Source: Chlorobiota bacterium (GTDB lineage Bacteria > Bacteroidota > Ignavibacteria > Kapaibacteriales > UBA2268). From it: a stretch of 64,000 nt of DNA. The notes under the pieces were generated by a model. The model was given only the letters and a program-made list of their open reading frames with translations. It was not told the DNA's origin and did no database searches. Made by a program: the position numbers and the translations under genes. Shown here in pieces: positions 36,269 to 45,223 of the stretch (the first letter of the stretch is position 1; each line of letters starts with the position of its first letter). The stretch covers positions 17,626-81,625 of the forward strand of contig JBFHIJ010000007.1 of assembly GCA_041596515.1 (NCBI GenBank). Direction: 5' to 3'.

Positions 36269-38038
36269 ATGCAAATCTATATTAACGAATTATTGGAAAA
36301 GTTTGCATCTGATGCTTTACTGAAGCATCCTATAATAAAGTCCAAACCCATAATTAATTCGCTTAATGCCATGTTAAAACTGGACAAAGTCAATGCTTTT
36401 CTAAAAGAGCATAGCGATAAAAAAGATTTTGATTTTATTGACGCACTTTTACAACATCTGAATTTCAGTTACTTTATGTCTAACAAGCATAGAAATAATA
36501 TACCTTCCGAAGGTAGGTTGGTCATAGTCGCAAATCATCCGTTAGGTGGCCTGGATGGCCTTGCTCTACTTAGGGCTATATCAGAGGTTAGAAAAGATGT
36601 AAAAATCGTAGCAAATCAAGTACTATCCGAAATACCCAATCTTGCAGACGTTCTACTGCCATATAATGTATTCTCTTTCTGTAATCAAAAAAATAATATA
36701 CTCAGAATAGAAGCAGCTTTAGCTAACGAGGAAGCTGTTATCTTCTTCCCTGCAGGTGAAGTGTCACGATTGCAAACAAATGGAATCAAAGACAAAAAGT
36801 GGATGAAAGGTGCAGTTTCATTTGCCGCTAAAATGAAAGCTCCAGTGCTACCTATTTTTATAGAAGGCAGAAACTCAGCAGGCTTTTATACCAGTTCACT
36901 ACTAAATAGACATTTTTCTACTTTTTTGCTACCCGGTGAACTGTTTAAGAGTAAAGATAAACATATCACTTTAAATATCGGCAATATAATTCCTGCAGAC
37001 TCTTTCACCCATAGCGGATTGAATGAAAAAATACAATCTAAGCTTTTAAGAAAACATGTATACAGACTTGCTAAAAACAAACAGGATATTTTTAAAACAG
37101 AAAACACAATTATTCATCCTGTTTCCAGTAAAATACTTAAAAAAGAACTTACATCATCTATTTTACTTAGCCAGGCAGGTTCAGATAAATACATTTACTC
37201 AGTCAACTACTCCACAGCTAAAAACGTAGTAAAAGAAATTGCTCGTCTCAGAGAAATCACTTTTAGAAAAGTCGGCGAAGGAACCGGCAAATCCTTAGAC
37301 TTTGATATATACGATAAATACTATAAACACATAGTATTATGGGATGATAAAGAGCTTGAAATAATAGGTTCTTATAGATTAGGTATTTGTAGTGAAATAT
37401 TCAATCACTATGGTTCTGATGGACTTTATAATTCAGGTCAGTTTGATTTCAATAAATCATTTATACCTATTTTGAATAACTCTATTGAGTTAGGAAGAAG
37501 TTTTGTGCAGGAAAAATACTGGAAAACCAGAGCACTTGACTACTTGTGGCAAGGCATAGCAACTTTATTTCAGCAGTACCCTGAAGTTAGATATCTTTTT
37601 GGAGCTGTCAGCATAAGTGATTCTTACTCAGACATTGCTAAAGATATGATAGTATATTACTATAAAAAGTGGTACTCAGGATATTCCGGCATGGCACTGC
37701 CTTATAACCGCTTTAAAATATCTACTCAAAAGATGGAAGAACTTCACAATGTCTTTACCGGCAGAGATTATATCGAGGATTTACATATACTAAAACAAAG
37801 TCTTAAAAATTTAGGTCATTCGATACCTGTCCTATATAGAAAGTACACAGAACTTTGCGACTTTGGAGGAGTAAAGTTTATAGACTTTTCTATAGACGAA
37901 GAATTTAACAACTCGGTAGATGGCTTAATCGTAATAGATTTAAGCAAATTACGTTTATTAATTCGAGATAGATATTACAAACAGAAGAATACTGTTGTAA
38001 ATAATTCAGATAAATTTGAAGCAAAATTTAAGGTATAG
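36269..38038 (+). CDS. two-domain acyltransferase: N-terminal PlsC-like O-acyltransferase + C-terminal OlsB-like GNAT N-acyltransferase (OlsF-like aminolipid synthase)
   Basis: 589 aa. The N-terminal half has the acyltransferase motifs VANHPLGGLDG and FPAGEVSR. The C-terminal half has ARLREITFRKVGEGTGKSLDFDIYDKYYKHIVLWDDKELEIIGSYRLG, typical of lyso-aminolipid N-acyltransferases. Confidence 0.7.
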   Translation: MQIYINELLEKFASDALLKHPIIKSKPIINSLNAMLKLDKVNAFLKEHSDKKDFDFIDALLQHLNFSYFMSNKHRNNIPSEGRLVIVANHPLGGLDGLALLRAISEVRKDVKIVANQVLSEIPNLADVLLPYNVFSFCNQKNNILRIEAALANEEAVIFFPAGEVSRLQTNGIKDKKWMKGAVSFAAKMKAPVLPIFIEGRNSAGFYTSSLLNRHFSTFLLPGELFKSKDKHITLNIGNIIPADSFTHSGLNEKIQSKLLRKHVYRLAKNKQDIFKTENTIIHPVSSKILKKELTSSILLSQAGSDKYIYSVNYSTAKNVVKEIARLREITFRKVGEGTGKSLDFDIYDKYYKHIVLWDDKELEIIGSYRLGICSEIFNHYGSDGLYNSGQFDFNKSFIPILNNSIELGRSFVQEKYWKTRALDYLWQGIATLFQQYPEVRYLFGAVSISDSYSDIAKDMIVYYYKKWYSGYSGMALPYNRFKISTQKMEELHNVFTGRDYIEDLHILKQSLKNLGHSIPVLYRKYTELCDFGGVKFIDFSIDEEFNNSVDGLIVIDLSKLRLLIRDRYYKQKNTVVNNSDKFEAKFKV

Positions 38039-39173
38039 GAAGACTAATTGTAAAAGTAGTGCCTTTACCCAAGGTGCTACTTACATTAATAGTGCCTCCC
38101 TGATTTTCGATTAATTCTTTACATAACACGAGACCCAATCCTGTTCCTCTTTCGTTATTAGTGCCGAGAGTAGTATATTTTGTATCTATTTTAAATATTT
38201 TACTTATAGCTTCCTCAGTCATCCCAATTCCTGTATCAGATACAGACACTAAACAAATATTATCATTCACCTCAGCAGATAGTGTAATAGTACCGTTTAA
38301 TTCTGTAAACTTAATAGCATTAGAAATGAGATTCCGTAAAATTGTATTTAGCATATTCGAATCTGCAAACACATAAGTATTCTCTAATACTGTATTTAAT
38401 AATGTGATGTTTTTCTCTTTTGCATTTGCTTCAATAAGTGATAACACTTTAACTGAAATACTGGATAAATCAATGTTGATAGGATTATATTCAATTTTGC
38501 CCATCTGCGAACGTGACCATTCCAATAAATTTTCTAATAGTTCATAAAGTTGCTTTGCAGAACTATTCATAGAGTTAGATATTGTAATTATTTCTTCTTT
38601 ATTCAACTCTTCATAATCTTCTATCAGCATAGATGTCAATCCAATAAAACCACTAAAAGGTCCTCTTAAATCATGTGCAATTATTGAGAAAAATTTATCT
38701 TTAGACTGAATAACTTGCTCTAATTCAAATCTATATCTATCTAACTTCTTGTTAGACTCCAATATTTTATCTTTCGATAATTTTAATTCTAAATGAGTTT
38801 TAATCCTACTTATCATTTCTACAGTGTTGAATGGTTTAGTTACATAATCAACCGCACCTGCCTGAAAACCTTCTACAATAGACTCAGTATCCGATCTTCC
38901 CGTAATAAATATTATCGGAATATGTTTAGTTTTATCCATACTTTTAAGTATCTGACAAGCTTCAAAACCACTCATCTCCGGCATCATTACGTCTAACAGA
39001 ATCAAATCAGGCATAGCACTATTAGCCACTTCTATAGCTTGTTTGCCATTACTTGCAAATGTAATATCAAAGCCTTCATTATCAAGTATTGTACTAAGTA
39101 CTTGCAAATTTCTCGGGATGTCATCTACTACTAAAACTAAAGCTTTTTTCTCTTCAATTATTCTTTTCATCAA
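38028..39173 (-). CDS. REC-first hybrid histidine kinase (paralog of 13171..14352)
   Basis: Receiver (VLVVDDIP...DLILLDVMMPEMSG...TKPF), H-box FFSIIAHDLRGPF, N-box ISNAIKFT and G-boxes DTGIGM / GTGLGL. The 5' end overlaps the upstream kinase gene by 20 nt. The 3' end overlaps the convergent acyltransferase gene by 11 nt. Confidence 0.85.
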   Translation of the reverse strand: MMKRIIEEKKALVLVVDDIPRNLQVLSTILDNEGFDITFASNGKQAIEVANSAMPDLILLDVMMPEMSGFEACQILKSMDKTKHIPIIFITGRSDTESIVEGFQAGAVDYVTKPFNTVEMISRIKTHLELKLSKDKILESNKKLDRYRFELEQVIQSKDKFFSIIAHDLRGPFSGFIGLTSMLIEDYEELNKEEIITISNSMNSSAKQLYELLENLLEWSRSQMGKIEYNPINIDLSSISVKVLSLIEANAKEKNITLLNTVLENTYVFADSNMLNTILRNLISNAIKFTELNGTITLSAEVNDNICLVSVSDTGIGMTEEAISKIFKIDTKYTTLGTNNERGTGLGLVLCKELIENQGGTINVSSTLGKGTTFTISLPIP

Positions 39174-42100
39174 ATCTCTGTTTTATTGTTTCTACTAATT
39201 TTGGAAAGTTTGAAATATATTGAGGCATTTTTTCAAAATCAAAATCATCAAGACTACCTGTAAGTTCATTACAATATTGCATTAGCAATTCTGACTTATA
39301 ATGGTTTGCAATATTTTTTAAAGCATTTAACCATTTTTTTATATCACTAATTTTTTTATTTCTATTTAAATTTTGCCATATATTTACCCCTTCTTGTAAC
39401 CTAAGTAAGAAATCCTCTTCACTTTCCATTTTTGAAAACTCTAATTTATCCCAACTCATTTCTTTAGTTGGCATAGCATCAGTTTGTTCAATATGGCAAT
39501 TATTCATTATTATCCTCAAGATATCATTTTGCTCTAATGGTTTGACAACGAAATCATCAAACCCAAATTTTAGAAATTCTTCAAGTGAATAGCTTACAGA
39601 AGCAGTTATTGCAATTATTACTAAATCCGGATAAGATTTTTTGAGTATTTCAGTAGCTTTAATACCTGTCATCTGTGGCATCTTTACATCCATAAATATT
39701 ATATCAGGTATTTTGTTTTCACATCTCTCAATAGCTTCTAAACCTGACTTTGCTTCGAATACTTCACAATTCAACTGTTGTAATATTTCTATAAGTAGCT
39801 TTCTGTTTAAAAGAATATCATCAACAACCAGTACCTTAAGATTATTAGTAAAAAGCTTAGATATTTTGGCTTTAGGTAAATTGATGCTGGGAATACTGTT
39901 TTTATAATAATGAACATCTTTCAAAATCACTTTAAAGATAGAACCTTTTCTTGGTTCAGATTCTAGACTTATCGAACCATTCATTAGTTTGGCCAGCTTA
40001 CTACTGATAGTAAGTCCAATTCCGGTGCCTTGCACTTGATTTGCTATATGCTCAGGTAATTGATAAAATAAATCAAAAATTGAGCTTTGTAATTTTTTTT
40101 CAATTCCAATGCCAGTATCGATGATTGATATCATTAAATCAATTGTTTCATCTGTTCTATTGCCTACTTCAAACAAGACTTTAACACTTCCTTTCATTGT
40201 AAACTTAATTGCATTGCCAATTAAGTTAAAAAGAATCTGCCTTAATCTGATTTCATCAGTAAGCAATACTTTCGGCAAATCTTCTGCAAATTCTACTATC
40301 AAATCAATATTTTTTCTATTCGCTTCGATACTAAATATTTTATAAATCTCTTTTGATAGTTTAGAACAACGTAGTTGCTCGCTTTTGATGTAAATTCTCC
40401 CTGCCTCAATTTTAGATAAATCTAAAAGATCGTTAAGAAGTATCATCAAATTGTTACCACTACTCTCTATAGCATCAAGGAACGTTCTTTGTTTGAGATC
40501 TATAATTTGATTTTTTAATACCTGTGTAAATCCAAGGATTGAATTCATTGGAGTTCTTATCTCATGACTCATGTTGGACAAAAACTCGTTTTTCGCTCTT
40601 GAAGCTTGCTCCGCTAAGTCTTTTTGCAACTCTAATTCTTTAACTGTTGAGCTAAGGTCACGCGTTTTCTTATCAAGTTCTTTGTTTATTTCAATCAGAT
40701 CAGTATTATTTTGCGTCAATTTATTTTGTATATATTGAATTGTAGTAATGTCAGAGATTGCCCACACATAACCAAATATTGTATTATAAAAAAATTGAGG
40801 TCTGATAGAAAAATCGAAATATTTAGAATTTTTTAGTTCCAATAATTTTGAATGGATTTCCTTAGGATACTTCTCTGCTTGTAAGATAAAATTATTAAAT
40901 GCGTCCGGATCCTCACAGCGTTTTTTCACCATATCTATTAAGTCATTTCTATTTTGATTTTCAAGACCTTCGGAAGATATTTCAAACAATTCCAAAAAAG
41001 TATTATTATACATACTAACTCTATTTGTACTATCAAAAGCAACTATTCCTTCTGAAATTGATTCAAACACAGAGCTAAGCAAAGAATTATTTGTTTCTAA
41101 AGCTCGTTCTGTTTTTTTAATTTGCGATATATCTTCTTTGAAAGCTATAAAACTGGTGATTTTACCATTTGAATCTTCTACAGGTGCAATAGAAGCAAAC
41201 TCCCAGTATAGATGACCATTCTTCTTCTTATTGCAAAACTGACCATGCCATATTTTGCCTTTATCGAGAGTGTCCCACATTAATTGATATTCTTCGCCAC
41301 TTGTATGTCCTGACTTTAAAAAAGCCGAAGTTTTTCCGGCAATTTCATCTAATTTATAGCCCGATAGATTTTCAAAATATGGATTTACATATTGAATATG
41401 TCCTTTATTGTCTGTTATCATAATTGAAACTGGACTTTGCTCAAAAACCTGAGTTAAAAGTAAAAGATCATTTTCAGATTTTTTTTGAGCAGTAATTTCA
41501 GTACTTATAGATATATATTTATATGGAAGGTCAATTTCATTAGAAGCAGGTATAATTGTTTTACTAAGCCATAACTCTTCTTTATTTTTTGACATAATCT
41601 TAAATAATCCTTGCCATACCCTTCCAGACTTGCAAGTTTGAATAATATCTCTATGAAACTGGTCAGAGTGATAACCAGCATCAATCATCCTATAATGCTT
41701 CCCAATAATTTCTCCAATAGAGTATCCAATCCTATCACAAAATATTTGATTTGCATATAAGTAATTTAAATCAGCATCATAATTTTCTACAAATATTGTA
41801 CTATCTACGGCAAAATGTTGAAATTCAAGGTCTTTAAGTGTACTTAATAAAGCTTTTTCTTTATGTATCTGTAAATAATCAAGAAAAATAATATAAATCA
41901 AAAGCCGGTTACTATCTTCTAAAATCTTATATTTATATCTTAGTTTACGGGACTCACAAATACTTTCTGACAAATCAGTATTGATTAATATCAATTCTGT
42001 TGTTTTTAAAGGACATACACTGCAATTTTCAGAACCATCTCTATTTTGATTGTCGCATAAAAAAGTCTCTAAATCTAAAACACCTAATTCTTCAAAAAGT

Positions 42101-42438
42101 TTATTTTTTACAAGCACTTCTTTGGTATTATAGTCAATTAATACCGCAGGCAATGGAGTATTGTGAATCACAGGCGAAAAGGTTGATATAGTATAAGTAT
42201 CTAGTATATTATTGATTATAACAGCAAGCAGTTCTAATTCTTTCAAAGTATATTCTTCAGAAGATAAATAGAACTGCCTATTGCTAAAATTGATAAGTGC
42301 TTTACTCACTGCAACAACATCTATTCTAATGTCATTATCTTCTAAAATATCTCCTAATTGAGCTTCAAAATGGAATAAATCAGAGTTTGTACGTTGCAAC
42401 GTGTAAATTGAGTTTATTATCGTATGTAATTTAGTCAT
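39154..42438 (-). CDS. cytoplasmic multi-PAS hybrid sensor histidine kinase (PAS x3 - HisKA - HATPase_c - REC - possible Hpt)
   Basis: 1094 aa with no TM segments. PAS/PAC regions are present (e.g. GKTSAFLKSGH...WHGQFCNKKKNGHLYW). Also H-box FLSNMSHEIRTPMNSI, N-box IGNAIKFT, G-boxes DTGIGI / GTGIGL, and receiver VLVVDD...DIIFMDVKMPQMTG...VKPL. The C-terminal helical tail contains ANHYKSELL. Confidence 0.85.
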   Translation of the reverse strand: MTKLHTIINSIYTLQRTNSDLFHFEAQLGDILEDNDIRIDVVAVSKALINFSNRQFYLSSEEYTLKELELLAVIINNILDTYTISTFSPVIHNTPLPAVLIDYNTKEVLVKNKLFEELGVLDLETFLCDNQNRDGSENCSVCPLKTTELILINTDLSESICESRKLRYKYKILEDSNRLLIYIIFLDYLQIHKEKALLSTLKDLEFQHFAVDSTIFVENYDADLNYLYANQIFCDRIGYSIGEIIGKHYRMIDAGYHSDQFHRDIIQTCKSGRVWQGLFKIMSKNKEELWLSKTIIPASNEIDLPYKYISISTEITAQKKSENDLLLLTQVFEQSPVSIMITDNKGHIQYVNPYFENLSGYKLDEIAGKTSAFLKSGHTSGEEYQLMWDTLDKGKIWHGQFCNKKKNGHLYWEFASIAPVEDSNGKITSFIAFKEDISQIKKTERALETNNSLLSSVFESISEGIVAFDSTNRVSMYNNTFLELFEISSEGLENQNRNDLIDMVKKRCEDPDAFNNFILQAEKYPKEIHSKLLELKNSKYFDFSIRPQFFYNTIFGYVWAISDITTIQYIQNKLTQNNTDLIEINKELDKKTRDLSSTVKELELQKDLAEQASRAKNEFLSNMSHEIRTPMNSILGFTQVLKNQIIDLKQRTFLDAIESSGNNLMILLNDLLDLSKIEAGRIYIKSEQLRCSKLSKEIYKIFSIEANRKNIDLIVEFAEDLPKVLLTDEIRLRQILFNLIGNAIKFTMKGSVKVLFEVGNRTDETIDLMISIIDTGIGIEKKLQSSIFDLFYQLPEHIANQVQGTGIGLTISSKLAKLMNGSISLESEPRKGSIFKVILKDVHYYKNSIPSINLPKAKISKLFTNNLKVLVVDDILLNRKLLIEILQQLNCEVFEAKSGLEAIERCENKIPDIIFMDVKMPQMTGIKATEILKKSYPDLVIIAITASVSYSLEEFLKFGFDDFVVKPLEQNDILRIIMNNCHIEQTDAMPTKEMSWDKLEFSKMESEEDFLLRLQEGVNIWQNLNRNKKISDIKKWLNALKNIANHYKSELLMQYCNELTGSLDDFDFEKMPQYISNFPKLVETIKQRFDEKNN

Positions 42439-42507
42439 TATAGGATATCTAATTTGTGTTGATAGTAATTACTACTATTGGAATACAATAATATTTTATT
42501 TTCACTG

Positions 42508-42825
42508 TTATTTTGAGAAAATTTTAAGACCTATAATACCAGCTACAATAAGCATTATACAAATTATCCTTGCCACATCTCTTGACTCATCAAAAAGTAT
42601 CATGCCTAACACTGCAGTTCCGACGGCACCAATTCCAGTCCATACGGCATAACCTGTACCAATAGGAATTTCTTTTAGTGCTATAGATAGCATATAAACA
42701 CTTATTACCATACTTACTGCTGTAAGCACAGAAGGAACTAATTTAGTAAATCCATCAGAATACTTCAAACCAATAGCCCATCCTGTTTCAAATAAGCCTG
42801 CTACAATTAGAATTATCCAGTTCAT
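42508..42825 (-). CDS. sugE: SMR-family small multidrug resistance protein, SugE/Gdx-type
   Basis: 105 aa with four TM helices. MNWIILIVAGLFETGWAIGLKYS carries the conserved membrane Glu, and GTGYAVWTGIGAVG is present. Confidence 0.85.
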   Translation of the reverse strand: MNWIILIVAGLFETGWAIGLKYSDGFTKLVPSVLTAVSMVISVYMLSIALKEIPIGTGYAVWTGIGAVGTAVLGMILFDESRDVARIICIMLIVAGIIGLKIFSK

Positions 42826-42843
42826 TGTTTTTCCAAGTTATGT

Positions 42844-42880
42844 AAAAAAAAAGGTGTGTCTCTCTCGAAACACACCTCAA
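42844..42880 (-). terminator. intrinsic terminator after the M3 peptidase gene
   Basis: The minus strand reads aggtgtgt - loop - acacacct followed by T9. Confidence 0.75.
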
Positions 42881-42897
42881 AATAAGGAAGTTATTGA

Positions 42898-45021
42898 TTA
42901 TAACAAACCACGTTTTTTAAGTAATGGTTCTACAATCGGTTCGCGACCACGGAATGCTTTATACATATCCATAGCATCTTCAGAACCACCTTTTTCTAAT
43001 ATATTTTTTCTATAAGATGTAGCTGTAGCATGATCAAACAGATTTGTTTCTTTAAATGCTTCGAAAGCATCAGAATCAAGTACTCCAGACCAAATGTAGC
43101 TATAATAGCCTGCTGAATAACCAACAGGATCTGCAAATATATGACGGAAATAAGTAGATCTGTAACGAACAACTATTTCATCAATCAAACCAAGTTTATC
43201 AAGAGCTTCTTTTTCAAATGTGTTACATTCAACAGCTTTAGGTTCAGTCCAAGTGTGCCAATCCATATCTAATAATGCAGCTGCCATGTACTCTGTAGTT
43301 ACAAAGCCCATATTAAATTTGCCGGCGTCCTGGATTTTTTTGATTAATTCGTCAGGAATAACTTCGTCAGTTTCATAGTGTTTAGCATAAAGCTTCAACA
43401 TTTCAGGTTCACCGCACCAGTTTTCCATGATTTGAGAAGGAAGCTCAACAAAGTCTCTGGAAACAGAAGTACCAGTAACAGAAGGATAATTACCTTTAGT
43501 AAGTAACCCGTGCAAAGCATGACCAAATTCATGGAATAAAGTAGTTACTTCTTCGAATGTAAGTAAAGATGGTTTATCACCGGCAGGCTTAGTAAAGTTA
43601 CAAACATTACAGATTATTGGGGTTTTAAGCTCACCCATGTTAGTTCTTGATCTGTAAGCATTCATCCAAGCACCGCCTCTTTTGCTTGCTCTTGGGAAGT
43701 AATCTGTGTAAAGAATACCGATATGAGAACCATCAGCTTCTTTTACTTCAAATACTTCCACTTCAGGGTGGTAAACAGAAATATCATTGCGTTTTTCAAA
43801 TGTAATACCCCAAAGTTTATTAGCAAGCGTAAATGCACCTTCTCTTACATTTTCCAATTTGAAGTAAGGTTTAAGCATTTCTTCGTCTAAGTCATATTTG
43901 GCTTTTTTTACTTTTTCAGCATAGTACCACCAGTCCCATGCAGCTAATTTGAAATTGCCACCTTCCGTATCAATAATTTTTTGCATTTCAGCTACTTCTT
44001 TTTTAGCATTAGCTACAGCAGGTTTCCAGATTTTATCAGCTAATTCGTAGAATTTAGCAGGAGCTTTAGCCATGTTTTCTTCTAAGATATAATCTGCGTG
44101 TGATTTAAAACCAAGAAGATGTGCTCTTTTTACTCTCAAATTAGCTATTTTTACAGCGTTTTCTTTATTATCTAATTCATCATTGTTATCACCCATGTGA
44201 GTGTATGCATTGAACATTTTTTCTCTTAATTCTCTTTTTGCAGAGTAAGTAAGGAAAGGAAGTAGAGATGGTTTTTGAATAGAGAATAACCATTTACCTT
44301 CTTGCCCATCAGACTTAGCCTCAGCGGCTGCAGCATCGATGACTGATTGAGGAAGACCTGCAAGATCTTCTTTATTATCGATTACCATTTTGAACTTGTT
44401 TGTTTCAGCTAAAACGTTGTTGCCAAATTGATTAGCTAAAGTACTGATCTCTACATCAATTTTTTTAAGTTCTTCTTTCTGAGCAGCGTCAAGTAAAGCA
44501 CCATTACGAGTAAATGATTTATAATAATCTTCAAGTACTTTTGCTTGTTCTTTATTCAAACCAAGAGATTCGATATTATCATACAATTTTTTGATTCTTT
44601 GGAATAAAGCCTCATTCATGTTGATTTCACCGCTCAAAGTAGTAAGCTCTGGTAACATATCTTTAGTTACAGCGATGATTGTATCATTAGTATTGGCACC
44701 TTGTAGATTAAAGAATACATTAGAAACTCTATTCAATAATGTACCTGATTTTTCTAAAGCTACAATAGTATTTTCGAAAGTAGGTTCTTCTGTGTTTTCT
44801 ACTATTGCTTTGATATCTGCTCTCTTTTCTTCAATCCCTTTGATAAAAGCAGGTCTGTAGTACTCATCAGAGATTTTAGTAAAATCAGGAGTACCAAAAG
44901 GAGTATTCCACTCTGAAAAGAATGGATTTTCGGTTGTAGCAACCTCTTCAACTTTTTCGGTTTTGTTACAAGCCATCATAAAAAGCCCCGCAGCAAATAC
45001 CAATAAAAATAAGTTCTTCAT
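42898..45021 (-). CDS. dcp: M3-family peptidyl-dipeptidase / oligopeptidase (Dcp-like) lipoprotein
   Basis: Start trimmed to the ATG at 45021 (MKNLFLLVFAAGLFMMAC, a lipobox). The zinc site is TLFHEFGHALH with a downstream E. The M3 length is about 700 aa. Confidence 0.88.
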   Translation of the reverse strand: MKNLFLLVFAAGLFMMACNKTEKVEEVATTENPFFSEWNTPFGTPDFTKISDEYYRPAFIKGIEEKRADIKAIVENTEEPTFENTIVALEKSGTLLNRVSNVFFNLQGANTNDTIIAVTKDMLPELTTLSGEINMNEALFQRIKKLYDNIESLGLNKEQAKVLEDYYKSFTRNGALLDAAQKEELKKIDVEISTLANQFGNNVLAETNKFKMVIDNKEDLAGLPQSVIDAAAAEAKSDGQEGKWLFSIQKPSLLPFLTYSAKRELREKMFNAYTHMGDNNDELDNKENAVKIANLRVKRAHLLGFKSHADYILEENMAKAPAKFYELADKIWKPAVANAKKEVAEMQKIIDTEGGNFKLAAWDWWYYAEKVKKAKYDLDEEMLKPYFKLENVREGAFTLANKLWGITFEKRNDISVYHPEVEVFEVKEADGSHIGILYTDYFPRASKRGGAWMNAYRSRTNMGELKTPIICNVCNFTKPAGDKPSLLTFEEVTTLFHEFGHALHGLLTKGNYPSVTGTSVSRDFVELPSQIMENWCGEPEMLKLYAKHYETDEVIPDELIKKIQDAGKFNMGFVTTEYMAAALLDMDWHTWTEPKAVECNTFEKEALDKLGLIDEIVVRYRSTYFRHIFADPVGYSAGYYSYIWSGVLDSDAFEAFKETNLFDHATATSYRKNILEKGGSEDAMDMYKAFRGREPIVEPLLKKRGLL

Positions 45022-45163
45022 TTGAGTATAGCATATATAGTTTAACAAACATTTTACTTAATTACTTAAGTTAAGCATAATCATTGAAATACAAAAGCAC
45101 TATTAATCCACAAACTCACCGGTGAATATCAGATAAGTATGTTATATTAAAAATGATTATCAT

Positions 45164-45195
45164 AAAGAAAGAGGTTACTCTATAAAAGAGCAACC
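45164..45195 (-). terminator. weak candidate terminator after the M16 peptidase gene
   Basis: 9-bp stem with one mismatch (ggttgctct / agagtaacc on the minus strand), followed by tctttcttt. Confidence 0.35.
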
Positions 45196-45223
45196 CCCCA
45201 TTTCAAAATACAACTAACTGAAA

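Noticed and set aside
39154-39500. Hpt domain call for the C-terminal tail of the 1094-aa hybrid kinase.
   Set aside because: There is only a loose resemblance (ANHYKSELL versus the HxxKG consensus). I kept it as a possibility in the feature text but did not annotate it as a domain.
42826-42897. Possible guanidine riboswitch upstream of sugE/gdx, since such exporters are often riboswitch-controlled.
   Set aside because: The 72-nt gap is almost entirely taken up by the terminator hairpin of the upstream peptidase gene. I saw no additional conserved-looking structure, so there is no room for a known guanidine riboswitch.
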